Origin: the human T2T-CHM13v2.0 reference genome, Homo sapiens
Direction: 5' to 3' (one strand)
Assembly (NCBI RefSeq): GCF_009914755.1
Contig: NC_060934.1
Length of the DNA: 64,000 nt
Shown: one piece after another, positions 1 to 14,899 of the stretch
How positions within the stretch are numbered: the first letter of the stretch is position 1
Layout of the letters: the number at the start of each line of letters is the position of its first letter
The notes under the pieces: generated by a model
Seen by the model: only the letters and a program-made list of their open reading frames with translations
What the model was told of the DNA's origin: nothing
Databases searched by the model: none
Position numbers and translations under genes: made by a program

Positions 1-556
1 CGGGGAAACAGACTCCACCGCCGGTGGAAAGAGGGGTGTTCAGGTGCTGGAGGGGGTTGTTGGTGCCATCGTTGCAGACCTACTCACATCTGCCTCCATA
101 GCACCCGTGCGTCTTCACAGCAATCATCTAAAGAAAGGGGTTTAGTTATTTTTATTTTTGGTCTATTTTTTAGATGAGAAAACTGAGGATTAGAGATATA
201 AAGAAATAATTACCTGAAGTTCTCTAAACATTGGTAGGAGTATTTGTTAAAAATCAATGGGCTTCGGATAAGACAGACTGGCAATGAAATGCCTTTCCCA
301 TTTACTGCCTAGAAAACTGAGGGCAGTATATTTATCTTTTCTATAGAGTAAGGATAATGCCTATCTCGGAGCTGAGCAGGAAGGTGTACGTGAGCTGCTC
401 AGCCTGGGGCCTGTAAGTAGCCAGTCCTCAGGGTTCACATATGACTGAAGAACGCTGAGTTGGTGGCCAAGAGCTGTGACTTCCAGTCTCAGTCAGTTAC
501 TACTTGACTGTTAAAATGTGAAGAAATAATTTGAAGTCCCTAAAATAAATGTTTTA

Positions 557-865
<309 letters not shown>

Positions 866-1213
866 TATACAAATGAAAATATTTGATGACCTTCAAGATT
901 CCTTCCTTGAACAGGTTTTTAAAATCAGTTCTATTTGCAAATTTATAAACAACCAGGTTACCATGGTAATTAAAATCAGAGTGGAAAAGAGAGATGAAAA
1001 TTAGCATAGTGTGTAAAGAACTATTGCCAAGTCGAAACGACAGAAAATAATGTTTCAATAGATATATGGGAAAATTGTCAAGAATTGTCATAATAGACAA
1101 TTAATGAAAGAATTGCAAGTGGTCAGACCTCCAGTGGAAACATACCTAACCTCAATAATAATCAAAGATATTCAAATATAAACAAAGATGAGCTATTAAT
1201 ATTCATTTGTTAA

Positions 1214-1815
<602 letters not shown>

Positions 1816-2653
1816 AATGTTGGTGGTATAGCATCAAAATCTTTCAAGGGATCAGTTTGGCAATATTTATCAAGAGCATTAAAAATTCACCTTTGACCCA
1901 ATAATTTCAGCCTTTAGAAATGTAGAGATATGTGCACCAATGATAAACACATTTATTGCAGTGTAATTTACAAGATTTCAACCCAGAAAGCTACTTAAAT
2001 ATTCAAAAAAAGATGGGGAGCATTAAATACATTATGATACACGTGATAAACAGCAAAACAGCCCTTAAAGTCTGTACTTTTAATAATATTTCATACCCTG
2101 GGGAAACACTTGCCACAGGATAATGATGAATAAAAGAAGAAACCCAAACTAAAAATTGAGTGTCATTCCAGCTACAGGAAAAGATAAACATGTTCCCAGA
2201 GAAAAATCCTGAGAAAAAGCAACACCAAAATCTTGAGAATGTGTATTTAAAAAACAAACAATTGCATAGCTGATGATTTTTATCTTATTCTGTGTTTTGT
2301 TCTGAATGTTCACAATTGTAGCAAACCTGCAAACTTTGTGATGAACAACAACAGCAAAACCACAGAAAATGCAAAAACAAACGTGTCTTTTTTCTTCAGA
2401 TATTCTGTGAATCTCTTGAGCATCACAACTTTAGGGACCACCTGCTGTGCCCCCCTATAGCAGTTCCTAGCACCGCCTCTCCTAAGACGGGTTAGGGTCA
2501 CACTGAGAAACCACACTCAGAAACCTGGTGAATAGTAGATTAATAAAATAAAGGTATAACTAGGCTTTCTTGGCGTCAAAACTACAGGTGCCTTTCATTC
2601 TTCTTCAGTCCCAAATGCAAATCATTTCTCATGTTTTTTTAAAATGGATTTTA

Positions 2654-2790
2654 GGCTGGGCGAGGTGGCTCACTCCCATAATCCCAGCACTTGGGGAGGC
2701 TGAGCTGGGCAGATGGCTGAGCCTAGAAGACCAGCCTGGGCAACAGGACGAAACACCGTATCTACAGAAAAATCAAATCGATCAATAAAT
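2654..2790 (+). mobile_element. Alu left monomer (FLAM/AluJ fragment)
   Basis: ggctgggcgaggtggctcactcccataatcccagcac...ccagcctgggcaac, A-rich end. Confidence 0.8.
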
Positions 2791-3314
2791 AAAATGGATG
2801 TTGTTTTTCAGAGCAACTTTAGATTTGCAGAAAAATTGCAGAGCAGGTACAGAGAGTTCTGTTGTCCAACCTTCCTCCTGTGCGTTGTTCTGGTTTCACA
2901 TGTTCGTGTTGTAATTGAGTGCGTGCACACTCAGTAAATGCGAAATGGTTTCATCACAACCGCACCGATGCAGTTCCTAAAAGAAACACACGAGAGCCGA
3001 TTTTGCTTCTCAAAATCGCTGCATTCAGGGTTTCCGCCGTCACCCTGCTGGCAGTGAACTAGAGGACCCGTCCCACCGGAGCTGGTCCATGGAGAGGTGC
3101 CACAGCCTGTGAGCCACGGCAGAGCGGAGAAGCCTGGGACCCCTGTCACCTCTCAGAGCAGCGCCTCACATGGCAGAAGGAGCTGCTTTCCGAAGAGCTA
3201 AAGGTTGCCATAAATATTTATAAGAGACCTGGCATTGCTGCGCTGGAGGGCAGTGTGTTATGATAAAAGTCACAAATGGAGCTGAAAAAACAGTGGCTTC
3301 TACATGACAGCTAC

Positions 3315-3315
3315 G

Positions 3316-3346
<31 letters not shown>

Positions 3347-3378
3347 GTGTGTGTATGTATGTGTGTGTGCACGTGTGT
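3315..3378. repeat. (TG)n/(TATG)n compound microsatellite
   Basis: Read directly. Confidence 0.95.
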
Positions 3379-4529
3379 GGGGATACGTATTTGCACACAT
3401 GTGTGTTCAATCTGTGGATACGGTACCTACGTGCACTTCTGTACCTGGTTTCTTCCTTTTTCTACACATACATTATTTATCTGTTTTTTAAAATTCAACT
3501 TTTATTGCTCCTTGTCCTGCCGGTGGCCCTGGCAACATGCCACGCCGGACTCCAGCTTAGTTTCCTTGTTGCCTTGCAGCCAAACTTACGCAGTGTGAAG
3601 ACCGAGCTGCTCAGAGGGGAGGGGCAGCGAGCAGGTGCCACGTCCACACCGGGTGAGGCGTGAGGTGAGGGCTCCCCCGCGCCGCCCTGGCGTCCAGGTG
3701 GTGAGGGCTGCACGGAAACGTGGACTTCGGCAGAACATGTGTGCGCCACGGAGCGGCTGCGTGCAGCCCGCAGGTGAGACCGTCTGCATAACTCTGCCAA
3801 CCGTGGAGTATCCAAGTAATTTTTAACTACTAATAATGAAAATACAAAAATTTGCTGTTTGGGAACTAACAAACAATTAGAGTGGGCTTAATCAAATGGC
3901 CTCCAGAGTAATGGCACTCTCCTTTGCTTTCTGGTGTGATTTCCTGAGAGTCTGTGAGCCAGGAGGAGTTTGGAGGAAAGACCTGCTGAGATGAGCAGCT
4001 GCGGCCTGAGCCTTCCTCCCCTCCTCCCCTCTGGGCTCTTTCTCCCGTCCAGGCGGACGCTGCCCCTGCACTGACCATCAGAGCCAGATCCAGGGGACAG
4101 TCCCCATCCTAGTCCCCTAGGCCCCCACGGCCACCGTCAACCTCAGGCCCCTCTGTTAACACCTTCCTTTGCTTGGTGTCGGGGACACAGCAGTCCCTGG
4201 TTTCTTCAGCAGGTGCACCCTCTGCACACATGCTACTCACCTTGCTCCTCCTCATGCTCTGACACCGAGGCTTCTCCATGCTCCACCACCGAGAGGGCTT
4301 CCATTAAAGTCTACGCCCAGGTCACGTCCCCGTCTCCCCTGCTCCCCTGAACAGCACACCTGTGTCCGTTTTCCACTAGACAACTGCACAATTTTGTTTC
4401 GGACTCAGAGGGGAGAAACTCCCATTTTTCCCCTCCATCCAGGAAAGCTGGACTTGGTCTCCCCAAGTTAATAACCAGGGTCCCCCCTCTTCCAGTTGCC
4501 CAGGCCCAAATACTCAGAACAGAGGGATC

Positions 4530-4858
4530 GTCAGGCTGAGTGGTGTCCCCCAAAATTCATACACAGAGGCCTGTTCCCAGGGCTGCGAGATGTAGCTGCG
4601 TCTGGAGACCGGGCATTTACAGATGTGATTTGGGTAAAATAAGGCCGCATGGGTAGGTCCTCACCCAGCAGGACTGGCATCCTTATAAAAAGAGGCAGTT
4701 AAGACCCAGATGCACACAGAGGGATGGCCCTGTGAGGACACAGTGAGAAGGCAGCCCCTGCACACGGACACCCTGACCTCAGATCCAGCCCCCCCGAGAA
4801 GGAAAGAATGAGTGTCTTCTGGGGAAGCCGCCTGGTCTATAGCCCTGGGCACTAACAC
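4530..4858 (+). mobile_element. MaLR solo LTR (MLT1A/B-like)
   Basis: gtgtcccccaaaattcat...actggcatccttataaaaagagg...tgtgaggacacagtgagaaggcagcc, typical of MLT1. Confidence 0.75.
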
Positions 4859-4994
4859 CAGCCTCTCCTTAAAAAATGACTAAGGATTTCAGGGTTGCCC
4901 AGGAGAGCACCGAGCCCAACACAGGGCCCTTCTAGAGGCAGCTGCTGGGTTCTGTTGTCAACACAATCATCCCTGCGATCCTTTCTTTTTTACT

Positions 4995-5156
4995 CATTTT
5001 GCTTTGTTTTTTAGAGACGGGGTCTTGCTCTGTCACCCAGGCTGAAGTGCAGTGGCATGAACAGGGCTCATGGAAGCCTCGACCTCCCCAGCTCAAGTGA
5101 TCCTCCCTCCTCAGCCTCCTAGGGTGTTGGATTGCAGGTGTGAGCCACGGCGCCCC
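4995..5156 (-). mobile_element. Monomeric Alu (FAM/FRAM-like)
   Basis: Single-monomer length, from T-rich tail and gagacggggtcttgctctg to gtgagccacggcgccc. Confidence 0.75.
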
Positions 5157-5159
5157 ATA

Positions 5160-5675
5160 GGCACAATCCTTTTAAATCTCTGGTCAGATTCCCTCGCTTC
5201 TCCTCTCAGATCTTCTTGGTGCCTTCCCACCTCACTCCAAGCAAAACACAAAACCTGTGTCACAGTCTGCAAGCATTCCAGTGGCGAGTCCCACCAGCCC
5301 CACCCCACCGTCTACCGGCTCTGTCCCCACCAGCTTTTTCCAGCCACTCCCTCTGCAGGGGACGTCCTCCATCGCACATCCACAGGCCTGTGTCCTTCCT
5401 TGCGCCACTCCTCAAATGTCATGCTGCCCTCCCGTAAGGCATCACCGCCCCCGCCAACCTCTCCTACCTCCTGCCTCATCCTACCATTCTCCTGATTCAT
5501 CTTCCCCTAGGACACATCCCACCTGACATTTTATATATTTATTTTCTGATTATCTGACGGCCTCTGGTGGAAGGTGACTTCCAGAAGGTGGGGATTTCTA
5601 GAATATCTTCTTGGAATGTATGCTCAGTGCTTAGAAACTTGCCTGGCATTTAGAAAGTGCAATAAATATTCACAG
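5160..5675 (+). mobile_element. L2 3' fragment
   Basis: Ends gcctggcatttagaaagtgcaataaatatt, resembling the L2 3' terminus. Confidence 0.55.
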
Positions 5676-6106
5676 AATATAACCAGAATCTATGGTCTAG
5701 CTTGCAGTCTATATGTGGCCGTCCACAGTGAACAGCATTTTTTTCAATGAGTTTTCACTGTGATTATTTTAAATCGTTGCTCCTTTCTTTCCAGCTATGT
5801 GGCTGGGCATCTGGAGGCAATGGCAGTACACCACGCGTGCGGATTCTCCCCAGGCAGGACCTGAGTCCTGGGAGGCCAGGCTGCCATGTGCTGGCCCTCA
5901 CCTGGGGTGGGCAGGGGGTCCCAAAGGTGAACCCAGGTTCCTGCCTGCTGGTGTTGACACAGGTGCCACCTGTCCCCACTCCCAGGCCTGAGGGCGGGAC
6001 TCAGAACCCAGGGCCTTGTCCACACCCCTGTCTCCAGACCCACTTAGGCAGGAAGAAGGGAGAAGCCACAGGCTCTGGGGTGGATGCAGGCAGCTATGCA
6101 GCCACA

Positions 6107-6335
6107 GCAGGGATGGGCCTCAGTAGATGTGGGACCTCAGCAGGTGTGGGACCTCAGCAGGCATGCGGTCTCAGCAGGTGTGGAATCTCAGCAGGCGTGG
6201 GGTCTCGGCAGGCCTGGGGTCTCGGCAGGCGTGGGGTCTCGGCAGGCGTGGGGTCTCGGCAGGCGTGGGACCTCGGCAGGCGTGGGGTCTCAGCAGGTGT
6301 GAGACCTTAGCAGATATGGGGTCTCAGCAGATGAG
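6107..6335. repeat. 17-bp minisatellite, ~13 copies (GCAGGCGTGGGGTCTCR)
   Basis: Period 17 (e.g. 6191, 6208, 6225, 6242); homogeneous centre, diverged edges. Confidence 0.95.
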
Positions 6336-6993
6336 GCACGTGGAGCTTTGTCCAAGGCCATTGGGCCCTTTCCTGAGATGAAGCCTCTCTGTGGCCTCCA
6401 CATGTGCAGATCAGAAAGGTCCCTTTCTGGCCTCAGGGCTGGCCCTCCAACAGCGGGGTAAGCCCTGTTTTCCTGTATGAAACCCCTTCCTCTGTACAAG
6501 GTCAGTTTTCCTGAGTCAATTCCAACTGATACAGTTGTATAGTCTGAGCAGAACACAGCAGCTCAAGTCTACCCAGGTGCCTGGCATGGAGCACCCACTA
6601 GCCCAGGGGCAGGTGGGGCCTCAGGCATGAGCTCTGAGCTAGGCCATCTTCCTGGAAACCCCAATTCTCTGTTCTACCACTTACAATAAGGTGGCACATA
6701 ATTCACCATTGCAGTGGGTCATTGTCCGCAAACCAAAGCATCAGAGGCAGCGGTTTTAATCTCAGGGCTACTAGTGGATTACTTTGGACATATGATCTCA
6801 TTTTTAAGGTTTTTTTTTTCTAAAATAGAATAACACTACCTGCTTTTCTTTTGAGAAAGTTGTTACAAGCAGTAAATTAATTTGAGTAATTATAAGGCAA
6901 TTTGGAAATTCCCACACTCATTCAGATTTCCTTTGATACTAGAGAATAAGATGATGGATGCCCACAGCATTTGGTTATAAATTCAGATTCTGG

Positions 6994-7545
<552 letters not shown>

Positions 7546-8073
7546 AGTAAAGACAAATGGCATACAGTTTGCTTCACATCAGCTGGTAAAGATGCAATTA
7601 CTATTCAGATAGGGAATAAACAGAAGTGGATTAATTATTGTAATGTAAGTTATTTTAACGTCTTAGTACATGGATTGTCAAAAATAAGATATCCCTACTT
7701 CAAATGAAGATACTTCCAATTGAAGATGCTGCTTCAAATGTTTCTAAAAAACCGTAAACCTCCAATATTTAAATACAACGTAAAAGTTATCAAAGGAACT
7801 TTAAAGCCATCATCTCCTTTATTCCTCATGAGAACCTCACCAAGTGAGAGGTACACAGATTATATCGTCCCAATTCAGAGATGAGGAAACTGGGACTCTG
7901 GGAAGATGTCTTAAACAAAGGTCAGTGGAGCTAAATCGAAGGCCAGTGCCTTTCCAGGGCTCCAGGAAATTCCAAGCTCAATTTAAGGCTTGGCTTGAGA
8001 AAGCTCACTGAGAAAATGTGAATATCTCCTGGAGGTGGACGCTATTTTTGCTCATTCAAGATGGTATTCGACT

Positions 8074-8077
<4 letters not shown>

Positions 8078-8106
<29 letters not shown>
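8078..8106. repeat. (GT)14 microsatellite
   Basis: Read directly. Confidence 0.95.
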
Positions 8107-8107
<1 letters not shown>

Positions 8108-10258
8108 ACGTTCTTGTGCTGGGGTGGGGCACTGGAGGCACAGACTGTTTTTAGGGAACATTCCTTTGGATGAACGCATCTTCACATGCCTCTCTGGTAA
8201 ATGACGGGTTGTTTCTATGCAATGAACTATAAACAGGGAGCGCACTGTGAACAATAGCAACATAAATCACAGTTACTGCTTTTCTACTCTGCAATCTGGG
8301 GGAAAGGACATTTCTCAGTGTGCTTTCCTTGACACACATCAGTCTCTGTGTTTACTATTCAAAAGATGTGATCGGGTGAAGGCCTGAAGCCCTTTCACAT
8401 TGAAGGGGCTGAGTGGCAGAGGGTTCAAGACGTTATAACTGGAGAGGAGACATTTGGAAATGATTGTTCTGTTACAAAATGCTGCCTGGGAAACATGCTC
8501 TGTTATGTATTCACTCTTTTTTTTTTTTTTTTTTTTTCCAGTTTAGAAACCCATTTTTGGAGCAAGCAAGCAGACTGAATGGAAGTGGTGAGAAAATTAA
8601 TCAGCAAAATCTTCTGAAATTGGGTGCCTTCTTCTTAAAAGTTTTCTCCCTGTAATCCTAGGTGCTGTCAGGGAGTAATAATTATTTCCCATAAACAGCT
8701 GGCTCAGTGATCTATTTTGCATGCTGGGGGAAAAGAACTAGCTGTGATGAGCTCTCCAAAGCTTTTCTCACTAATGATGTCTGTGATACACACTCACACA
8801 AAGACCCACATACATTCGAAAGGAAGATACTGCAGAAGAAACTCATTTACAGTCTTGATCTACCACATGCATTCTGCAGGGTGTTTCAATGTCACAAGAA
8901 AGCATAAAGAAACCCATCTAAGTTCCTGTTTGTTTCAGATGCTCCTTGAAGATGGGAGAGAGAGCTGGAGCTCATCTGTCCTGGCATCAGAGAACCGTGA
9001 CTCCGGAGGGTGGGAGAGGCAGGCCCGAGTCATCTCTGCCCTGGGGCCCCTTCCCAATGTGTCCTGTCTTCCTCCCTAGTGAGGGGAGTCTAATTTAGAG
9101 TGGGAAGTGGAGAGGAATGCTGGCCAGGTGGGAAGTTGGGGGGCTGCGCCATGACCCGCCACACTTGGCTGGGTGGCTCCAGGGAACATCCTCTGCCTCC
9201 CCTCCAGTGCAGGAGTGAGTGAAGCAGCTGCCTCTGTGGCTGCCGACGCTGGCTACGCACAGCAAGGGAGGAGGCTGAGACATGAGGAAACCTGGCCCTC
9301 TAGGCGGGCACTTTGGAAGCTCGCTGGCATGCTGCTGGAGACCCACCGGCAACCACGAGGACAAGTGGGGACCTGGTGACATTCCAGCTCTGCCAGCCCT
9401 CCCAGAATAAAGGGGAATGGCAGCAAATCAAGAGGCGGAGGCGTTTCAATGCCATTTTGCTGTGCTGACTTTTCCTTTTGGACATTGCGAACAAGAGAAG
9501 AAAGCAGCTCCCTTAACTGTAGTACAAAAAAAATTCAGAAAAGAGGGCATTTTAAGGGTAACATTTTTCTTGCTGCAATGACTCATGGAAGACAGAAAGT
9601 GAGAGGCTTGCTGAAAGGCGAAAGACAGAGCCAAAAAAGCAAAACTCAAGTCCTATTTACAAAACGACGGGCCACAACGGACTCTCCAGTAACATGATAT
9701 TGTACATTGTCCTTTAAATCCTGAACAGATCTTCCTTCCAAATCCTTTACTGCCTCAGAGTTGTTAATCACAAAATGAAGGTTTCTGCCACCAAAAAAAA
9801 TTGACCACAGATGTTTCCAGAAAAGAAAGAGGAAAGAACAGCCATTCACCACGCCCGTGTGGGGTGTTGAGGCTGCAATGCTGAGGTCCCTGAAAACACA
9901 GGCATGAGCAGTGCTTGTCCTTTCCAGGGACCCGAGGACAGCGAGTCACAGAGCGGCTGCAGGTGCAAGGCCATTCCTCATAGAAACCGTGTGTCCAGGT
10001 GTCAGGCATATTTGTCATGGTTCCTCAAAGGGGAAACATTCATTTATAATTTTGAAAAACAAAAACAAAAGAACGACATGAAAGGAGAGGCCTTAACTAA
10101 AAAGAACAATTCACAATTGCCAAGCAGTTGAGGAGGTCTTATAAGAAACTCTGGGAGTTAAACAAGAAGTCAAAAGGGCTGGATTTCACGGGCAGCGTCC
10201 TCCTTACCTTCTTGTGCTAGAAGGCTGGATCTGGGGCTTTTCAAAGGCAATGAAGACA

Positions 10259-10567
10259 GGCCAGGCACGGTGGCTCAGGGCTGTAATCCCAGCACTTTGG
10301 GAGGCTGAGGTGGGTGGATCACCTGAGGTCAGGAGTTCAAGACCGTCCTGGCCAACATGGAGAAACGCTGTCTCTATTAAAAATACAAAAATTAGCTGGG
10401 TGTGGTGGCAGGTGCCTGTAGTTCCAGCTACCCGTGAGCCTGAGGCAGGGGAATCACTTGATTCCCGCCAGGAGGCGGAGGTTGCAGTGAGCCGAGATCC
10501 CACCGCTGTGCTCCAGCCTGGCCGACAGAGTGAGACTCTGTCTCACAAAACAAACAAACACAACAAA
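10259..10567 (+). mobile_element. AluS full-length
   Basis: ggccaggcacggtggctc...; (CAAA)n tail. Confidence 0.95.
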
Positions 10568-11666
10568 GGCAAATAAAATCGTTGTTTGAGCAGCCACATG
10601 ACGTTCAGTCTTATGTATTCTCCAGATATATTAACAGAACTGTAAGTTTTCAAGCAGGGTTTTCTAAAGTTTGTGAACAAAATAGAAGCATGCTGTATGC
10701 TATTTGGGTTTTAATTGTTCCATTTATGAAGTGTCCGAGTGAGTAATGGCGGCAAGTTCATTTGATTCCACTGGGGACACCTGCTGTGAGTGAAAACAGG
10801 AATCTGTTCTCTCCAGACCTGGCATCAACGAGGATAAGGGAATGGAAGCTCTTCTTACAGCAGTTCTCAGGGAGCGTTTCTTTGCCATTCAGTAAAGATC
10901 AGACCCTCAACATTTTCAGAACTGCACCCTGACATTCTTAAAAGCCAGGGCTCCTGTTCTCCCACCCCTCCCTGGGTGCCGCCATCTGTCTAGAAGGCAG
11001 CATTTGTTTTCAATCGAGAATGCTGACCACACCTGGCAGGCACAACTGAGACGCATGAGCCTCCCCTTTCATTTACAAGGTGCTAATTTGAAAGATAAGT
11101 ATCCCTTCAATAGCCCTGGGGCTGGGCACCAGGATGCAGTGAGTCAGGAGAACAGGATGGAAATCATGAACCCTGGTATCATTAACAAAGCGATAGATCA
11201 GTATTCGTACAACATCAGAGCCCTCAAGAATATTTATATCTATCCTTTCTACATGAAGTCTCTCACAAGGAATCTGAAAGAGCGAGAGATGAGACATGCG
11301 TATGAAAAGAGTTCCTTCCATCGAAGGCCCTTCGTGAGCATGACTCATGACCACTACCCTGTGTGACACCCGGTAACGTGTCCAGTTGAGAAAATTAGGA
11401 AGCGAGAAAGTCAGTCAATTTCCTCCACATTCCTGGAGGAAACTTAAACACAGAAAGAGATGCCAGGAGTGAGGATGTGCTTGCGATGCAGGTGACACCT
11501 GCAGCCACGTTAGAGGTGTGATTGCTCCCACCCAACGGCGAATGCAGCCAAAGGGCGACAGAAGCATCTTAGGAACAGATGATGGGGTGTGTGCCCTGGA
11601 GATCCAAGGATGACGTCTCTGTCATCCACGCTGCCCCCTGAGAAGTATACGGTGTGGAGGGAGGTC

Positions 11667-11992
11667 TTTTCCTTTTTCTTTCTTTCTTTTTTTTTTTTTT
11701 TTTTTGAGACAGAGTCTTGCTCTGTTGCCCAGGCTGGAGTACAGTGGCATGATCTCGGCTCACTGCAGCCTCTGCCTCCCAGGTTCAAGCAATTCAAGCA
11801 ATTGAGGTTTCCTCTCTCAGCCTCCCGAGTAGCTGGGACCACATGCATGCACCACCACACCCAGCTATTTTTTTGTATTTTAGTAGACACGGGGTTTCGC
11901 CATGTTGGTCTTGAACTCCTGAGCTCAGGCAATCCGCCCACCTCTGCCTCCCAAAATGCTACGATTACAGGTGTGAGCCACTGCGCCTGGCC
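11667..11992 (-). mobile_element. AluS full-length
   Basis: T-rich tail then antisense Alu; small internal duplication ttcaagcaa at ~11784-11801. Confidence 0.95.
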
Positions 11993-12279
11993 AAGAGAGT
12001 TCTTTTTCTAAACAGACTCGCTCCATGGAGCTGTTCCCCAAGTCCCTCCTTCTCGGCGCCCTCAGACACACACTCTCTTAGTGTCCAGAACAGAGCCACA
12101 CGAGCCCTCAGCATCCTTCAAACCCGTTCTTCCTCCAGATGCTGCCGAGGTCAGGCCTGAGGCCGGCGCGTGGAGTGGCCTCGGCACCCTGTGTCCTCAG
12201 CTTGGCAACTCAGAGAAACATGTTAGAGGTGCTAACATTGGATACATGTGAGCATAAAGCTGGCAACTCTCAAAGAGGG

Positions 12280-12432
12280 AGGAAGACAAGGGTCGAAAAC
12301 AATCTGTTGCTATGTTCACTATTTGGAGGAGGGTTCACCTGAGCCCAAACCTCAGCATCATGCAATATACTCGTGTAAAAAAGCTGCACGTGGACTCGCT
12401 GAATCTCAAACAAAAATTAAGTAAGTAATAAA
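12280..12432 (+). mobile_element. L1 3' end fragment (L1PB/L1MA-like)
   Basis: aaacctcagcatcatgcaatatactcgtgtaaaaaagctgcac...tgaatctcaaacaaaa. Confidence 0.65.
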
Positions 12433-12464
12433 CATTTCTTATTTGTGGAAGGAGGGAGGGGGAG

Positions 12465-12879
12465 TGATATGGTGTGGATCTTTTCCCCACCCAAATCTCA
12501 TGTTGAATTGTAATTCCAGTGTTGGAGGTGGGGCCTGGTGGGAGGTGATTGGATCGGAGAGTGGGTCCTTCATGAATGGTTTGGCACTGTCCCCATGGTG
12601 CTGCTCTGATGGTGAGTCATGACGAGATCTGGCTGTTGAAAAGTCTGAGCATGTCCCCCTCGCTCTCTCTGGGTCCTGCTCCTGCCATGACAGACACCTG
12701 CTCCGGCTTCGCCTTCTGCCAGGGGTAAAAGCTCCTTGAAGCCTCTCCAGAAGCAGAAGCTGCCATGCTTCCCGTATAGCATGGGGAACCATCAGCCAAT
12801 TCAACCTCTTTTCTTTATCAACTACCCAGTTTCAGGTATTTTTTTTTTTTTAATAGCAATCCAAGTATGGACTAATACA
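12465..12879 (+). mobile_element. MaLR solo LTR (MSTA-like)
   Basis: TGATATGG...cccacccaaatctcatgttgaattgtaat...ACTAATACA; TG..CA ends; 5-bp TSD gggag/gagag. Confidence 0.85.
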
Positions 12880-13233
12880 GAGAGAGAAAGGAAGAAAGAG
12901 AAGAAGAGCAAACGTATATCTGCAGCGGTTTTTCTGCATGGCTAAGGTGAGGCTGGGCTCCGTGGCTGTTCAGGCGATTTTGCTGCCTAGAAGGGGATTT
13001 GGAGAGGTAAGAAGCCTGCAAGACAGGAGGCAGCAAGAATAGGACGTGGGCGGGGGACACCTACCACACAAAAGGCTCATGTGGTCTTGATAGTCGTGAA
13101 TATCTTGGATGCTCATGCCGAGCTGTTGAGTGAGATTCCTTATGCCATTCTCCACACTGGAAGGCTGAAGACTAAAGAGGTCATTTGAGCTATTAGGGGC
13201 ACCTGACTCTCCCATCAAACTGTCATTCCTCTA

Positions 13234-13596
<363 letters not shown>

Positions 13597-14079
13597 TCAG
13601 AAATGCAACAGACAATTCTTATTCAGCCTCCCTGTAAAGATTTGAAATGGATTGTAACATTGTAACATCGTAGGTGAAAAAGATCAAGCACAAAGCATAA
13701 AACATATAAAAAGGGTTTTCATGTTTGCAAAGCTCTGAACAAGTGTAACTTCTTATCTAGCCAGGAGCCAAGAAAGGTATGGCCAATGTTAGGGGCGATG
13801 GGTCACAGGGAAAGGCGTCCGTGAAGCCCGAAGCTCTAGGGGGACCTCACAAAGTGGGTGGGTATTTCTGCCTGACTGTTGGAGAGATGGGGGAGGGGGG
13901 CGCGGGGGCACTGGGGGTTCCCTGTCCTTCCTCTACATGAGTAAAACGGAGTGTGGAGGAAGCTTTGCTTTGATCTGCTCCATGCACTTCTAATTCCACA
14001 CCTGTGGTATAAGAACATGCTGCTTTTCACACACCTCACCTTCCTGGTAACACAAAGGGATGGTCAGAGCAGACGCTGG

Positions 14080-14230
14080 GGTAGCACTTGCCACACGCCA
14101 GGCACTGTTGTAAGCATTGACTCCTTTGGTTCTCACAATGCACCCATGAAGTAGGTATTATTACGATCCCCCTTTTACAGATGAGGACACGGAGGCCAGG
14201 AGAGGTGACCCACGCTGCTCTAGGCTGCAT
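14080..14230 (-). mobile_element. MIR
   Basis: gccaggcactgttgtaagca...ccccttttacagatgaggacacggaggc. Confidence 0.75.
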
Positions 14231-14899
14231 GGACAGTAGCAAGTGTGGGGCTCACGTTTGCTGCAGAAGGTAACCCCAGTCTGCTGTGTCACAGGCCTCT
14301 GCACCTGATTGTAAGGTGTCAGGGTGACATCTCTTCCTCACTCCCTCTGGGCATCTGCCCATCATTCCCATGTGGCTTGCTCTTGGGGTGAGGGTTCTCA
14401 TCCTGGGAGGTCTGGGTAGCAAGGCCGGTCTCCTGGGCAGCACTCAAGAGCATAGATGCTCTTGCTCAAAGACAGGCAGAAGTGTTTTCACAACAAGACT
14501 AGGACCATCTAATTTCAATGTCATTAAATTAATAAAACTCTAGGGGCTGGCCAGCGACAATCTAATTAAACGTTACAGAATGCAGCCCAATTATGTAACA
14601 CAGTGGGCTGACTTTCAGATAGATTGGTTTTTGATATACATCAGCTGGTTAATCACTTGTCTGCCATATCAGGTAAGCTGGGATTAAACACTCCATCGCA
14701 CGAAATCTTAAGTATTTCTAGCTTCATGTCAGGGTCTTCTTTTGTGGGCAGAGGTCTGCTGCAAAGATTATTGATGAAGTTTTGATTGCTACCTGCCCAG
14801 ATATGACCTAGCTAGGCTGGAGGTGGAGGTGTTTGCTTTCCCGAGATACATTAGGTCTGCCTAACAAATATTTATCAAGAGCTTACCATGAGATCATAC

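Noticed and set aside
957-970. RFX X-box-like palindrome GTTACCATGGTAAT
   Set aside because: Isolated motif between Alus in probably L1-derived AT-rich sequence, with no supporting context
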